A stretch of 38,472 nt of DNA from NCBI GenBank assembly GCA_027064305.1, contig JAMOPY010000030.1:1-38472 (forward strand). Direction: 5' to 3'. The notes beneath the pieces were generated by a model, which searched no databases, was not told the DNA's origin, and saw only the letters and a list, made by a program, of their open reading frames with translations. The position numbers and the translations under genes are program-made. Positions 16,919-27,721 of this stretch are shown in pieces. Source of the DNA: Methanobacteriota archaeon (GTDB lineage: Archaea; JAADCQ01; Methanopyri; Methanopyrales; Methanopyraceae). How positions within the stretch are numbered: position 1 is the first letter of the stretch; each line of letters starts with the position of its first letter.

Positions 16919-17407
16919 CGCCCACAGGCGCGGCGTCAGGAACACGCCCACGGGCTCGCCGGCGGACTCCGCCGTCCGCCACGCGCCCTCGATCACGTCC
17001 AGGTCCTCGGGCCGCTCCACCACGTACGTGTGCAGGTTGAGCGCCTCCAGGATCCGGGGCGCGGCCTTCCCCATCCCCACCTGCGCCGGGATGTCCTCGT
17101 GCAGGTAGCCCCGGTGACTCATGAGCATCAGCAGCGGGAGCCGGTAGGTGAGGGTGAGGGAGCAGAGGGCGTTGACCGCGTTCCCGAGCCCCGAGTTCTG
17201 CATGACCAGCGCGGGCCTCTCCCCGGCCAGCGCCGCCCCCGCGCAGATCCCGACGCCCTCCTCCTCCCGGGAGACGCGCACGGTTCTGATGTCCGGGTGC
17301 TCCTCCAGCAGCTCGATCACGCCGCCCAGCAGGGAGCAGGGGAGCCAGCAGGCGAAGGTGATGCCGGCCCGCTCCAGCGCCTCCACGATCCGCTCGTCCA
17401 CGCTCAA
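16910..17407 (-). CDS. comD: Sulfopyruvate decarboxylase alpha subunit
   Basis: LPCSLL, SREEEGVGICAGAALAG, MQNSGLGNAVNAL, SHRG; lies in the com cluster. Confidence 0.93.
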   Translation of the reverse strand: MSVDERIVEALERAGITFACWLPCSLLGGVIELLEEHPDIRTVRVSREEEGVGICAGAALAGERPALVMQNSGLGNAVNALCSLTLTYRLPLLMLMSHRGYLHEDIPAQVGMGKAAPRILEALNLHTYVVERPEDLDVIEGAWRTAESAGEPVGVFLTPRLWASE

Positions 17408-17409
17408 GG

Positions 17410-18180
17410 CTACTCACCGTCCAGCGCCACGCGACCCATCGTCTCGGCCCGCAGCCCGGCCCGCAGCGTCGCGAGCGGGATGACCTCATCCGGCGGCACG
17501 TTCGCGATGTTCACCTCCGGGCCGAACTTCACGATCAGCTCGAACTGCTGCTCCTTCTCCGGCGCCTCGAACATCACGCGCCGGATCCCGACACCCTTCA
17601 CGATCTCCGACAGGATCCGCACCCGCTCCCGCTTCTCCGCCCCCATCGGCCCGTGCTCCCCGCTCTCCCGCGCCTCCACGATCACGTACTCCGCGCCCGC
17701 CTCCACGCACCGCACCATCCGACCCACCATGTCCGACGGGGACAGGACCGAGTACTCCTCGTCCCGCTTCTTCCCCTCCTCCGCGTACACCGTGAACCCG
17801 TGCTCCCGCGCGAGCTCGATCAGCTCGCACTTCCGCTCGATGGACATCGGGATCATACCGTCCGAGATCTCGACCGCGTTGAACCCCAGCTCGTCCAGCT
17901 CGCTCAGGAAGTCCTCGAACGTGCCCTGGGACACGGCGATCTCCGCCAGCGTGCCGCCCGGGAACACGTCCAGCCCCGCGTCCGCGTACAGCTCCACCTT
18001 CTCCTTCACGATCTCCCGATCGATCAGCCGGGCCGTGCCCCAACCCATCTTCACGCCGGTCACGTACTCACCCGCCACCCTCAAGAACGAGCGCACGAAC
18101 TCCGGGGTCAACCCCTTGTCCAGCATGACCGTGGCACCGTCCACCCTCGGCACCCGGATCGACCGCTCAAACGCCTTCAT
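17410..18180 (-). CDS. comA: Phosphosulfolactate synthase
   Basis: TVMLDKG, KMGWGT, PGGTLAE, VEISDG, EEGKK, IVEARESG, FEAP..QQ, GPEVNIANV, LRAGLRAET. Confidence 0.95.
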   Translation of the reverse strand: MKAFERSIRVPRVDGATVMLDKGLTPEFVRSFLRVAGEYVTGVKMGWGTARLIDREIVKEKVELYADAGLDVFPGGTLAEIAVSQGTFEDFLSELDELGFNAVEISDGMIPMSIERKCELIELAREHGFTVYAEEGKKRDEEYSVLSPSDMVGRMVRCVEAGAEYVIVEARESGEHGPMGAEKRERVRILSEIVKGVGIRRVMFEAPEKEQQFELIVKFGPEVNIANVPPDEVIPLATLRAGLRAETMGRVALDGE

Positions 18181-18241
18181 ACGCGCCCCGCCCGGCGCCG
18201 CCGGCCTCCCATCTTTAGTATGTTCCTCCGGGGGTCGTCGA

Positions 18242-18808
18242 ATGCGCCGCATCGAGGCCCTGAGGGTCGTGGGGCGGGTCGCGGACCGGCACGACGCGAT
18301 CGTCACCGTCCACCTCGGCTTCCCGGCCCGGGAGCTGTACCACGCGCACGATCGGCCGCTCAACTTCTACCTGCTCGGCGCGATGGGGCAGTCCTGCTCC
18401 GTCGGCCTCGGCCTCGCGCTGACCACGGAGCGCGAGGTGCTCGCCGTCGAGGGCGACGGCGGCCTCATGATGAACATGGGCATCCTGCCCACGATCGCGC
18501 AGGAGTCCCCGGAGAACTACACGCTCGTCCTCGTCGACAACTCCACGTACGCGACCACCGGCGACCAGCCCACCCCCTCCCACCTCATCGACTGGGAGGG
18601 GGTCGCCCGGGCGCACGGGCTGCGGTACTACGAGGCGGACGACCCGGAGGGGGCCCGGACCGCGCTGGAGCGGGCCCTCGACGCCCGCGGTCCCCGGATG
18701 GTCCGGCTGGAGGTGGAGCCCGGCAACGCGGACGTGCCGCTGATCGACCTCACCCCGGAGGAGATCAAGGTCCGCTTCACCCGGGCGCTCCGGGAGGATG
18801 AGCGTTGA
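18242..18808 (+). CDS. comE: Sulfopyruvate decarboxylase beta subunit
   Basis: GFPARELY..DRPLNFYLLGAMG, TPP motif EGDGGLMMNMG...DN..YATTGDQ. Confidence 0.93.
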   Translation: MRRIEALRVVGRVADRHDAIVTVHLGFPARELYHAHDRPLNFYLLGAMGQSCSVGLGLALTTEREVLAVEGDGGLMMNMGILPTIAQESPENYTLVLVDNSTYATTGDQPTPSHLIDWEGVARAHGLRYYEADDPEGARTALERALDARGPRMVRLEVEPGNADVPLIDLTPEEIKVRFTRALREDER

Positions 18809-19827
18809 GGGTCGACCCGCGCGAGCTCCGGGCCTTCGTGGCCGAGGCCCTCTCGAGCGTGGGCGTCCCCCGGCGGGACGCCGAGGTCGCGGCCGAGGCG
18901 ATCGTGGAGGGGGATCTCCGCGGCTTCCACTCGCACGGCGTCCTGCGGCTCCCCGGGTACGTGGAGGGCCTCGAGCGGGGCGCCATCCGCGCCGAGGCCA
19001 CCCTCAGGCGGGTCTCGCGGCGCGGGGCCGTCCTCGTGTACGACGCCGCCCACTCGCTGGGGCACGTGGTGGGGCGTCGGGCCGCCCTGAAGGCCGTGGA
19101 GCTGGCCCGGGAGCATGGGGTGGGGGTGGTGGCGGTCCGGAACGCCTCCCACTACGGGATCGCCGGGTACTACACGACGCTGATCGCCGAGCGGGGGATG
19201 GTGGGGTTCGCCACCTGCGGGACCGAGCCGGCGGTCGCCCCGTACGGGGGCTCTCGGGCCGTGCTGGGGACGAACCCGATCTCCATCGCGCTCCCGCGCC
19301 GGGACGGTCCTCCCATCGTCGTGGACATGGCCACCAGCCGCGTCTCCCGGGGGAAGATCCTGCAGGCGCGGAAGGAGGGGCGCGAGATCCCGGAGGGCTG
19401 GGCCGTGGGCCCGGACGGTGAGCCCACCACGGACCCGGAGCGGGCGCTGGAGGGGGCCCTGCTCCCGTTCGGCGGTCACAAGGGGTACGCGCTCGGGCTG
19501 GCGCTGGAGGTGCTCGCGGGCCCGGCCGTGGGGGCGGCGGCCGGTCGGGAGGTGCGGGGCACGACGGATCCCACGGTCCCGTGCAACAAGGGCGACCTGT
19601 TCGCGGCGTTGGACCTCTCCGCGCTGGTCGACGAGCACGAGTACTTCGAGCGGCTGGAGCGGCTGGTGGCGGAGGTGAAGGAGTCGGGGGAGGAGGTGCT
19701 GCTGCCGGGTGAGCCGGAGTTCCGGCGCCGGGAGCGGGCGCTCCGGGAGGGTCTGCGGCTGCCGGAGGGGTCGGTGCGGGCGGTCCGGGAGGTCGCGGAG
19801 CGGTTGGGGCTGGAGTCCCCGGTCTAG
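18805..19827 (+). CDS. comC: L-sulfolactate/malate dehydrogenase (Ldh_2 family)
   Basis: [41 protein letters not shown]; coupled to comE. Confidence 0.88.
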   Translation: MRVDPRELRAFVAEALSSVGVPRRDAEVAAEAIVEGDLRGFHSHGVLRLPGYVEGLERGAIRAEATLRRVSRRGAVLVYDAAHSLGHVVGRRAALKAVELAREHGVGVVAVRNASHYGIAGYYTTLIAERGMVGFATCGTEPAVAPYGGSRAVLGTNPISIALPRRDGPPIVVDMATSRVSRGKILQARKEGREIPEGWAVGPDGEPTTDPERALEGALLPFGGHKGYALGLALEVLAGPAVGAAAGREVRGTTDPTVPCNKGDLFAALDLSALVDEHEYFERLERLVAEVKESGEEVLLPGEPEFRRRERALREGLRLPEGSVRAVREVAERLGLESPV

Positions 19828-21326
19828 CCCTCCTCCCGCCGCTGGACCAGCCGGTTCACGCCGCTGACGAAGGCCCGGACGCTGGCCATCACGATGTCCT
19901 CGGAGGCCCCGCGGGCCGTGACCACGTTCCCCTCCTCGTCCTCCAGCTTCACGACCACCTCCGCCAGCGCGTCGGTGCCCCCGGTGACCGCCTCCAGCCG
20001 GTACTCCCGGAGCTCCACGTCCAGGCCCAGCTCCTCGATCGCCTCCCGCAGGGCCCGGAGGGCCGCGTCCACGGGCCCCACGCCCGTCGCGGCCGCGCTC
20101 CGCTCCTCGCCCTTCAGGCGCACGCGCACGGAGGAGGTGGGCGTGACCCGATTCCCCGTCATGACGGCCAACTCCTCCAGCCGGACCGCCGCCTCGGACT
20201 CGGGCACCTCGCCCACCACGTCCCGGGCGATCGCCTCCAGGTCCTCCTCGGTCACCCGCTTGCCCTTGTCGCCCAGCTCCTTCACCCGGCGCACGATCTC
20301 CCGCAGCTGCTCCTCGTCCACCTCGATCCCCAGCTCCTCCAGCTTCTTCTTGATCGCGTGCCGGCCCGCGTGCTTGCCGAGCACGATCCGGCGCCGGTGC
20401 CCCACGTCCTCCGGCCGGATCGGCTCGTACGTCTCCGCGCACTTGATCACGCCGTGCGAGTGGATCCCGGACTCGTGCGCGAACGCGTTCTCGCCCACGA
20501 TCGGCGCGTTGGGCGGGACGACCACGCCCGTGAGCCGCTCGACGAGCCGGGACAGCTCGACCAGCATCTCCGTCCTCACGTCCAGGTCGAGCCCGTAGAG
20601 GGCCTTCAGGGCCATGACGAACTGCTCGAGCGACGCGTTCCCCGCCCGCTCCCCGATCCCGTTCACGGTCACGTGCGCCTGCTCCGCGCCCGCCTCCACG
20701 GCGGCCAGCGAGTTCGCCACGGCCAGCCCGAAGTCGTCGTGACAGTGCACGCTCACGGGCACGTCGAGCGCGTCCACGATCCGGCGGACCAGCCGGTACA
20801 TGCGCGGCGGGGTCATCACGCCCACCGTGTCCGGCACGTTGATCCGGTCCGCGCCCGCCTCCACGGTAGCTTTATAAACCTCCAGCAGGAAATCCGGGTC
20901 GGTTCGCGTCGCGTCCTCCGCCGAGAACTCCACCGTCACCCCGTGCTCCTTCGCGTACTCGACCCCCTCCACCGCCCGCTCCAGCGCCTCCTCCCGGCTC
21001 ATCTCCAGCTTGTGCTTCAGGTGGATGTCCGACGTGGCGATGAACACGTGCACGCAGTCCACGCCCGCCTCGACCGCCGCGTCGATGTCCCTCCGGACGC
21101 AGCGCGCCAGCCCGCACACCTCCGCGTCCAGACCCTCGCCGGCGATCGCCTTGACCGCCTCGAACTCGCCCTCGCTCGCCACCGGGAACCCGGCCTCGAT
21201 CGTGTCCACGCCGAACTCGTCCAGCTTCCGCGCGATCGTCAGCTTCTCCTCCTTCGTCAGGCTGACCCCGGGCGTCTGCTCCCCGTCCCGCAGCGTCGTG
21301 TCGAAGATGCGGACCCGCTCCGGCAC
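19824..21326 (-). CDS. leuA: 2-isopropylmalate synthase
   Basis: [14 protein letters not shown] (LeuA-type; CimA typically EAGSA), [16 protein letters not shown]-terminal regulatory domain GVGPVDA. Confidence 0.8.
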   Translation of the reverse strand: MPERVRIFDTTLRDGEQTPGVSLTKEEKLTIARKLDEFGVDTIEAGFPVASEGEFEAVKAIAGEGLDAEVCGLARCVRRDIDAAVEAGVDCVHVFIATSDIHLKHKLEMSREEALERAVEGVEYAKEHGVTVEFSAEDATRTDPDFLLEVYKATVEAGADRINVPDTVGVMTPPRMYRLVRRIVDALDVPVSVHCHDDFGLAVANSLAAVEAGAEQAHVTVNGIGERAGNASLEQFVMALKALYGLDLDVRTEMLVELSRLVERLTGVVVPPNAPIVGENAFAHESGIHSHGVIKCAETYEPIRPEDVGHRRRIVLGKHAGRHAIKKKLEELGIEVDEEQLREIVRRVKELGDKGKRVTEEDLEAIARDVVGEVPESEAAVRLEELAVMTGNRVTPTSSVRVRLKGEERSAAATGVGPVDAALRALREAIEELGLDVELREYRLEAVTGGTDALAEVVVKLEDEEGNVVTARGASEDIVMASVRAFVSGVNRLVQRREEG

Positions 21327-21390
21327 CCTACTCTCCCAGCAGAAAGGAACGCCCCTCGACCACCGTCAGAACCCCCGAGGGGAGCCGGCG

Positions 21391-22122
21391 TTGGCCCGGG
21401 AGGACCTGAGGAAGGAGCTGGAGCGGCTGATCGACCGCATCGAGGACGCCGAGCTCCGCGACCTCGTTAAGAAGCTTTTGGAGGAGGGCCTCTCGCACGA
21501 GGAGGCGCCCGAACCCATGGACCTCGAGGAGGCCCCCGCCAGCCGCAAGGGGCACCACTCCTACCCGGGCGGCCTCCTGGAGCACACCGTCGCCACCGCC
21601 AAGCTCGCCCTCGCCATGGCGGAGGTCTTCGAGGAGGTCTACGGCGTGCGGGTTGACCGGGACCTCATCCTCGCCGCCGCCCTCCTCCACGACCTCGGCA
21701 AGGCCACCTCCTACGAGGAGGGCGAGGCCGGGTACAAGTACTCCGACTTCGCCCGCCGGCTCGACCACCTCACCGCCGTGACCGCCGAGCTCTACGCGCG
21801 CGGCGCCCCCCTGGAGCTGATCCACGCGGTCGCCGCCCACCACGGCCGGGGCAGCCCCGTCCCCCCGAACACCCCGGAGGCCCTCATCGTGCACCTCGCC
21901 GACAACGCCGACGCCCAGTTCGCGGAGGAGGTCATCCGGGCGGCGCGCGGGATCGTCCGGGCCCGACTGCAGGAGCTGGGTGAGGAGCCCACGGACGAGC
22001 TCGTGGACGCCATCCTCGACCGCCTCACGCCCACCGAGGTGTTCCTGACCCGGGTGCGCGAGGGCCGGGACGCGGTGCGGAGGCTCATCGCCGAGGCGCT
22101 GGAGGAGGTGCGGGAGGAGTGA
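21391..22122 (+). CDS. HD-domain phosphohydrolase, probable 7,8-dihydroneopterin 2',3'-cyclic phosphate phosphodiesterase (MptB-like)
   Basis: PASRKGHHSYPGGLLEHT, ALLHDLGK, HAVAAHHG, VHLAD; no N-terminal OB fold of YhaM. Confidence 0.65.
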   Translation: MAREDLRKELERLIDRIEDAELRDLVKKLLEEGLSHEEAPEPMDLEEAPASRKGHHSYPGGLLEHTVATAKLALAMAEVFEEVYGVRVDRDLILAAALLHDLGKATSYEEGEAGYKYSDFARRLDHLTAVTAELYARGAPLELIHAVAAHHGRGSPVPPNTPEALIVHLADNADAQFAEEVIRAARGIVRARLQELGEEPTDELVDAILDRLTPTEVFLTRVREGRDAVRRLIAEALEEVREE

Positions 22123-22130
22123 GCCTCGGG

Positions 22131-22143
22131 TAAACACTTAAGC
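22131..22143 (+). promoter_or_regulatory. Probable promoter (TATA-like) of the rpl15e-exosome superoperon
   Basis: TAAACACTTAAGC AT-rich island about 40 nt before the rpl15e ATG. Confidence 0.4.
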
Positions 22144-22180
22144 CCGGGCCGGCGCGGGCGCGGGGAGGGGAGCGGGAACC

Positions 22181-22765
22181 ATGTCCATGTACAAGTACCA
22201 GCGCGAGGCGTGGAAGCGGCCCAAGGACTCGTACGTGGGCGAGCTGCTGAAGAAGCGGCTGCCCAAGTGGCGGAAGGGACCCGCCGTCCAGCGCGTCAAG
22301 CGCCCGACCCGGATCGAGCGGGCCCGCCGGCTCGGGTACCGCGCCAAGCCGGGCTACGTGGTCGTCCGCGTCCGCGTGCCCAAGGGCGGTCGGCGCAAGT
22401 CCCGGCCGAAGAAGGGCCGCCGACCCAAGCGCATGGGTAAGAACAAGTTCTCCCCGGGCAAGAGCAAGCGGTGGATCGCGGAGGAGCGGGCCCAGCGGAA
22501 GTACCCGAACCTGGAGGTGCTGAACTCGTACTGGGTGGGCGAGGACGGCCAGTACAAGTACTACGAGGTGATCATGGTCGACCCGCACCACCCGCAGATC
22601 AAGAGCGACCACCGGATCAACTGGATCTGCCAGAAGTCCCAGAAGGGTCGGGTGTTCCGGGGCAAGACGGGCGCGGGCAAGAAGGCGCGCGGTCTAAGGC
22701 GGCGCGGTAAGGGCGCGGAGAAGGTGCGACCGAGCCTCCGCGCGCACCGGAGGCGCGGTAAGTAA
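22181..22765 (+). CDS. rpl15e: 50S ribosomal protein L15e
   Basis: [38 protein letters not shown]. Confidence 0.98.
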   Translation: MSMYKYQREAWKRPKDSYVGELLKKRLPKWRKGPAVQRVKRPTRIERARRLGYRAKPGYVVVRVRVPKGGRRKSRPKKGRRPKRMGKNKFSPGKSKRWIAEERAQRKYPNLEVLNSYWVGEDGQYKYYEVIMVDPHHPQIKSDHRINWICQKSQKGRVFRGKTGAGKKARGLRRRGKGAEKVRPSLRAHRRRGK

Positions 22766-22781
22766 CGGGGCCCACCGGCGC

Positions 22782-23243
22782 TTGTCCCTCCCCGTCAACA
22801 GCCTCTCCGCCCGGGTGATCGCGCACGCGACGGAGGACGAGGAGAAGGTGCTCGAGGCGCTGTCAAACGTTCTCGGAGGCGTAACGGAGGAGGACGACGT
22901 CGAGATCGAGACCTTCTACGCGGAGGGCCACCACGGGAACCCGATCACGATCTTCCAGGTGCGGCTGACCCGGCGCCCCCACATCGAGCGCGTGCTCGAG
23001 CACTGGCGCAGGCACCTGCCGGAGGAGGAGAAGCGGCGGGTCTGGGAGGAGATCGAGCGCCGCGTGGACGAGCACGGGAACTTCTACATCAGGTTCGACA
23101 AGCAGAGCGCGTACCAGGGGGAGCTCCGGGTATCGGACGCGGACGACGTGGTCCGGGTGAAGCTGAACCTCGAGGCGTACCCGGCGAGCCGGGAGGGCGG
23201 GATCGAGGCCCTGAAACGGCTCGGTATCTTCTCGACCGACTGA
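22782..23243 (+). CDS. RNA-binding protein, COG1325-like (exosome-locus associated)
   Basis: AHATEDEEKVLEAL, AEGHHGNPI, FYIRFDKQSAY, EAYPA. Confidence 0.85.
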   Translation: MSLPVNSLSARVIAHATEDEEKVLEALSNVLGGVTEEDDVEIETFYAEGHHGNPITIFQVRLTRRPHIERVLEHWRRHLPEEEKRRVWEEIERRVDEHGNFYIRFDKQSAYQGELRVSDADDVVRVKLNLEAYPASREGGIEALKRLGIFSTD

Positions 23244-23977
23244 GGCGGGCCGAGCGCTTCGCCCTCCGCGTCCACGTGGACGAGGTCGACCCCCTCCGCA
23301 TGGCCCTCGCCACCGACCGGCTCGGCTACGAGGTCGTCATCCTCACCCTCCGTCTCCGCGCCGAGGATCCCGACCTGGACGAGCTCGAGTGGCTGGCCGA
23401 GGAGACGGCCGAGCTCCGGGACCGCGTCGACGCGCTGGTTCTCCCCGGGTGCCAGCTCGAGGCCGAGGACCCGGGCGCGCTTCGCCGGGCCATCCCCCGC
23501 GTGCGCCCGCTCGTGTACTACCTCGCCGTGGGGGGCGGGCGGCCCGGGATCAACCGGGCCGCGCTCGGCGACACGCGCGTGGACGCGCTCTCCCACCCGG
23601 AGCGGGGCAACCCGCACGCGGGCCTTGGCAAGCACGAGCTCGAGCTCGCCCGGGAGAAGCGCACGTACGTGGAGATCGACCTCGCCCGGCTGCTCCGGCG
23701 GAGCGGGGAGCGCCTCGCCTGGCAGGTCTCGCGACTCCGGGACCTGCTCCGCATGCGCCGGAGGAAGCGCTTCCCGCTGACCGTCGCCCTCGGCGCCCGC
23801 GACCCGCTGGAGCTGCTCCCCGCCCGGCAGCTGGAGGACGTGCTCGACCTGCTGGGCCTGAGCGAGGGGGAGGCCCGGGAGGCGCTGGTGGAGGCCCCGA
23901 GGGAGCTCCTGCGCTGGAACGTGGCCTGCAAGCACGTGTTCGTGGTTCCGGGCGTGGCGGTGGTGGGCCATGGTTAG
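23240..23977 (+). CDS. rnp3: RNase P protein component 3 (Rpp30)
   Basis: AVGGG...NRAALGDTRVDALSHP, ELAREKRTYVEIDL, GARDPLEL; superoperon position; start CTG 23240 or GTG 23276. Confidence 0.85.
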   Translation: MRRAERFALRVHVDEVDPLRMALATDRLGYEVVILTLRLRAEDPDLDELEWLAEETAELRDRVDALVLPGCQLEAEDPGALRRAIPRVRPLVYYLAVGGGRPGINRAALGDTRVDALSHPERGNPHAGLGKHELELAREKRTYVEIDLARLLRRSGERLAWQVSRLRDLLRMRRRKRFPLTVALGARDPLELLPARQLEDVLDLLGLSEGEAREALVEAPRELLRWNVACKHVFVVPGVAVVGHG

Positions 23978-24443
23978 GCTCACGTCCACCCTGCGTCCCC
24001 GGTGGCGCTACATCGCGTTCAAGGTCTGGTCCGAGCGGCTCGAGCGGCTGGACTTCGACGGGGCGCGGGACCTCGTCCTCCGGGCCCTGCGCGACGTGCT
24101 CGGGCCCGTGGGGATGGGCAAGGTCCGGCCCTGGCTGATGCGGTGGGACGAGGGGCTCCGCGCGGGGATCCTCCGGGTCGAGCGCGGGCGGGAGTCCCGG
24201 GCGCGGGCGGCCCTGTCCCTGTACCGGCGGGATCCCGAGCTGGGGCGGGTGTTTCTGGAGGTCCTGGGCACCTCCGGAACGGTTAAAGGGGCGGAGCGGT
24301 TTCTCTCCCGGGTTCCGCGGTGGGACGTGGAGCGCGTGGGCGACCGGTCCTTCTGGATCTACGAGAACGGCGAGGTGGACGTGGTGGAGGAGGGCCGGGT
24401 TGTCGCGTACACGAGTTACGAGGACCCCGAGCCTGAGGGGTGA
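23970..24443 (+). CDS. rnp2: RNase P protein component 2 (Pop5/Rpp14)
   Basis: [24 protein letters not shown]. Confidence 0.9.
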   Translation: MVRLTSTLRPRWRYIAFKVWSERLERLDFDGARDLVLRALRDVLGPVGMGKVRPWLMRWDEGLRAGILRVERGRESRARAALSLYRRDPELGRVFLEVLGTSGTVKGAERFLSRVPRWDVERVGDRSFWIYENGEVDVVEEGRVVAYTSYEDPEPEG

Positions 24444-24448
24444 CGGTC

Positions 24449-25201
24449 ATGCAGCCGGCGCAGACCGCGTACGACCGCGCGATCACCGTGTTCAGCCCCG
24501 ACGGCCGGCTGTTTCAGGTGGAGTACGCGCGCGAGGCGGTCAAGCGCGGCACGACCGCGCTCGGGATCAAGGTGGAGGAGGGCGTGGTCCTCGGCGTGGA
24601 CAAGCGGGTCACCTCCAAGCTCATCGAGCCCGAGTCCATCGAGAAGGTGTACCAGATCGACACGCACATCGGGGCCGCGACCGCGGGCCTCGTGGCGGAC
24701 GCCCGGGTGCTGGTGGAGCGCGCCCGGGTCGAGGCGCAGACCTACCGGTACACGTACGGCGAGCCCATCGACGTGGACGTGCTGGTCAAGTCCATCTGCG
24801 ACCTCAAGCAGGTGTACACGCAGCACGGCGGCGTCCGACCCTTCGGCACCGCGCTGCTGGTCGCGGGCGTGGACACGAAGGGCTGCCGGCTCTTCGAGAC
24901 GGACCCGAGCGGGGCGCTGACCGAGCACAAGGCGACGGCGATCGGGGAGGGCCGCCAGGAGGCGCTGGACGTGTTCGAGGAGGAGTACCGGGAGGACATG
25001 TCCCTGGACGAGGCGGTCGAGCTCGCCGTGCGGGCCCTCTACGAGGCCTCCCGGGAGGAGACGACGGTGGAGAACCTGGAGATCGCCGTGGTGGACGAGG
25101 AGGGGTTCCGCAAGCTCGAGCGGGAGCGGATCGAGGAGGTGTTCCAGCGGGTCGTGGGCGAGGCGGAGTCGGAGGAGTCTGAGGGCGAGGGGGAGGAGTA
25201 A
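24449..25201 (+). CDS. psmA: Proteasome subunit alpha
   Basis: [37 protein letters not shown] (alternative GTG 24440). Confidence 0.98.
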   Translation: MQPAQTAYDRAITVFSPDGRLFQVEYAREAVKRGTTALGIKVEEGVVLGVDKRVTSKLIEPESIEKVYQIDTHIGAATAGLVADARVLVERARVEAQTYRYTYGEPIDVDVLVKSICDLKQVYTQHGGVRPFGTALLVAGVDTKGCRLFETDPSGALTEHKATAIGEGRQEALDVFEEEYREDMSLDEAVELAVRALYEASREETTVENLEIAVVDEEGFRKLERERIEEVFQRVVGEAESEESEGEGEE

Positions 25202-25202
25202 G

Positions 25203-25925
25203 ATGGCGCGCGTCAGCCTCGATGAGGCCGTCGTGGCCCGGCTGGAGAAGGGCGGGGAGCGGTTCGAGGTCCTCGTGGACCCGGAGGGCGCGCGGAAGCT
25301 CCGGGAGGGCGAGGACGTCGACGTGGAGGAGATCCTGGCCGTCGAGCAGGTGTTTCGGGACGCGCGGAAGGGGGAGCGGGCCTCCGAGCAGGCGATGGAG
25401 GAGGTCTTCGGCACGACCGAGCCGGTGAAGGTCGCGGAGATCATCATCAAGGAGGGTCAGATCCAGCTCACGGCGGAGCAGCGCCGGAAGATGCAGGAGG
25501 AGGTTAAGCGGCAGATCATCCACATGATCGCCCGACGGGCCGTGGACCCGCGCACGGGCGCCCCGCACCCGCCGGAGCGGATCGAGCGGGCGATGGAGGA
25601 GGCGGGCGTGCACATCGACCCCATGAAGAGCGCGGAGGAGCAGGTGAAGGAGGTGATCAAGCAGCTGCGCCCGCACCTGCCGCTGAAGTTCGAGGAGGTG
25701 AAGGTTGCCATCCGCATCCCCGCGAAGTACACGGGCCAGGCCATGGGCGTCGTCCGGGAGTACGGGGACATCGAGCAGGAGGAGTGGCAGCAGGACGGGT
25801 CCTGGATCGCCGTGGTCCGGCTCCCGGCCGGCGTGCAGGACGACTTCTTCGAGCGATTGAACGAGATCACGAAGGGCGACTACGAGAGCAAGATCCTGGA
25901 GCGGGAGAAGGTGGAGGGTCCGTAG
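25203..25925 (+). CDS. Ribosome maturation factor SBDS/Sdo1
   Basis: [36 protein letters not shown]. Confidence 0.95.
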   Translation: MARVSLDEAVVARLEKGGERFEVLVDPEGARKLREGEDVDVEEILAVEQVFRDARKGERASEQAMEEVFGTTEPVKVAEIIIKEGQIQLTAEQRRKMQEEVKRQIIHMIARRAVDPRTGAPHPPERIERAMEEAGVHIDPMKSAEEQVKEVIKQLRPHLPLKFEEVKVAIRIPAKYTGQAMGVVREYGDIEQEEWQQDGSWIAVVRLPAGVQDDFFERLNEITKGDYESKILEREKVEGP

Positions 25926-25928
25926 GCC

Positions 25929-26990
25929 TTGCGTCGGATCGAGGAGCACCTGCGCGAGCTGGTCGAGCGGCCCGCGCCCCCGGGCCGCGAGGACGAGGTG
26001 CGCGAGTACGTGCGCGAGGTCCTCGAGGAGCACTGCGACGACGTGCACGTGGACGTGATGGGCAACGTGATCGGCACGCTCGAGGGCTCCGACTACGAGG
26101 TCATGGTCGCCGCCCACATGGACGAGGTCGGCCTCATCGTCAAGTCCATCACCAAGCAGGGCTTCCTCCGGTTCGCCAAGCTGGGCGGCGTGGACGACAA
26201 GATCCTGCCCGGCAGCCGCGTCGTGATCCTCAACGCGGAGGGCGAGAAGGTCCCCGGGGTCATCGGGACCAAGCCCCCGCACGTGCAGCGGAAGAAGGAG
26301 CGGCGCAAGGTTCCCGAGCACCGGGAGATGTTCATCGACATCGGGGCGTCGGACCGGGAGGAGGCCGAGGAGCTCGTCGGCGTCGGCGACGTGGGCGTCC
26401 TCCAGGGCGAGTTCACCCGGCTGGCCTCCACCCGCGTGAACGGGCGCGGGCTGGACGACAAGATCGGCGTGGCGCTCCTCCTGACGCTCGCCGAGCGGCT
26501 GTCGGAGGAGTGGGACGAGGGGCACCCCACCGTCCACCTCGTCGGGACCGTGCAGGAGGAGGTCGGGCTGAAGGGCGCCCGGACGTCGGCCTTCGAGCTC
26601 TACCCGGACGCGGCCCTCGTGCTCGAGACCGCGGTCGCCGGGGACGTGCCCGGGGTCAAGGAGGCGGAGCTGAAGCTGGGGAAGGGGCCCGCCATCACCG
26701 TCGTGGACGCGAGCGGGCGCGGGCTGATCGCGCACCCGCGGGTCCGCGAGCTCCTCATCGAGACCGCCCGGGAGCTGGACCTCCCGTACCAGCTCGAGGT
26801 GGGTGAGGGCGGGACGACCGACGCGACCGCGATCCACGTCACCCGGGGCGGCGTCCCGGCCGGCGTGATCGGCGTGCCCACCCGGTACCTCCACTCGCCC
26901 GCCGAGGTCCTCGACCTGAAGGACGCCGAGCGCGCGCTCGAGCTCGCCGCGAACGCGATCCCAAGGCTACCGGACCGCGTGCCGAGGTGA
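25929..26990 (+). CDS. M42 family (TET-like) metallo-aminopeptidase
   Basis: AAHMDEVG, GLDDKIG, TVQEEVGLKGA, GGTTDA, RYLHSP. Confidence 0.92.
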   Translation: MRRIEEHLRELVERPAPPGREDEVREYVREVLEEHCDDVHVDVMGNVIGTLEGSDYEVMVAAHMDEVGLIVKSITKQGFLRFAKLGGVDDKILPGSRVVILNAEGEKVPGVIGTKPPHVQRKKERRKVPEHREMFIDIGASDREEAEELVGVGDVGVLQGEFTRLASTRVNGRGLDDKIGVALLLTLAERLSEEWDEGHPTVHLVGTVQEEVGLKGARTSAFELYPDAALVLETAVAGDVPGVKEAELKLGKGPAITVVDASGRGLIAHPRVRELLIETARELDLPYQLEVGEGGTTDATAIHVTRGGVPAGVIGVPTRYLHSPAEVLDLKDAERALELAANAIPRLPDRVPR

Positions 26991-27715
26991 GCGCGTTGCC
27001 GGAGTACGAGCTGCACGTGGAGGACCGGGAGGTCGTCACCCCGGGCGAGCTGCTGGCCGAGGGGCAGGTCGTGGCCAGCGACGGGACCTACACGGAGGGG
27101 GACCGGGTGTACTCCAAGGTGACCGGCCTCGCCGACATCCAGGGGCGCACGATCCGGGTCATCCCGCTCGCGGGCCCCTACCGGCCCACGCCGGGCGACC
27201 TCGTCGTCGGCGTCGTGCGGGAGGTCCGATTCTCCACCTGGCTCGTCGACATCCGGGCCCCGCTGCCGGCCACCCTGCACGTCTCCAACGCGCTGGAGGA
27301 GGAGGTGGACCTGATCGAGACGGACCTGTCGCGGTACCTCCGGGAGGGGGACGTGATCGCGGCGGTCGTCAAGGAGGTCAACCCGGTCCAGCAGACCGAG
27401 CTCTCCATCCTGGAGGAGGACGCCCCGGTGCGGCTGGGCCGCCTGGAGGGGGGCCGCGTGGTCGACATCGACCCGGTGAAGGTGCCCCGGGTGATCGGGC
27501 GCGAGGGCTCCATGATCCGCATGCTCAAGCGGGAGCTGGAGTGCGACATCATCGTGGGGGCCAACGGGCGGATCTACGTGAGGGCCCGGAAGGAGCCGAA
27601 GAGCCGGCGGGAGGCGCTGGCGGCCCGCGCCCTGCGCGAGATCGAGCGCCGCTCCCACCTGAAGGGCCTGACCGAGTGGTTAAGGTCCAACCTCAGGAGG
27701 CTCGCGCGGTGGTGA
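26987..27715 (+). CDS. rrp4: Exosome RNA-binding protein Rrp4
   Basis: VVTPGELL, S1 domain, KH motif KVPRVIGREGSMI...GANGRI. Confidence 0.95.
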   Translation: MSALPEYELHVEDREVVTPGELLAEGQVVASDGTYTEGDRVYSKVTGLADIQGRTIRVIPLAGPYRPTPGDLVVGVVREVRFSTWLVDIRAPLPATLHVSNALEEEVDLIETDLSRYLREGDVIAAVVKEVNPVQQTELSILEEDAPVRLGRLEGGRVVDIDPVKVPRVIGREGSMIRMLKRELECDIIVGANGRIYVRARKEPKSRREALAARALREIERRSHLKGLTEWLRSNLRRLARW

Positions 27716-27721
27716 GCGCGC

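Noticed and set aside
21327-21390. CTCCC/GGGAG-bounded segment between leuA and the HD gene
   Set aside because: No proper C boxes; likely a divergent promoter region plus SD
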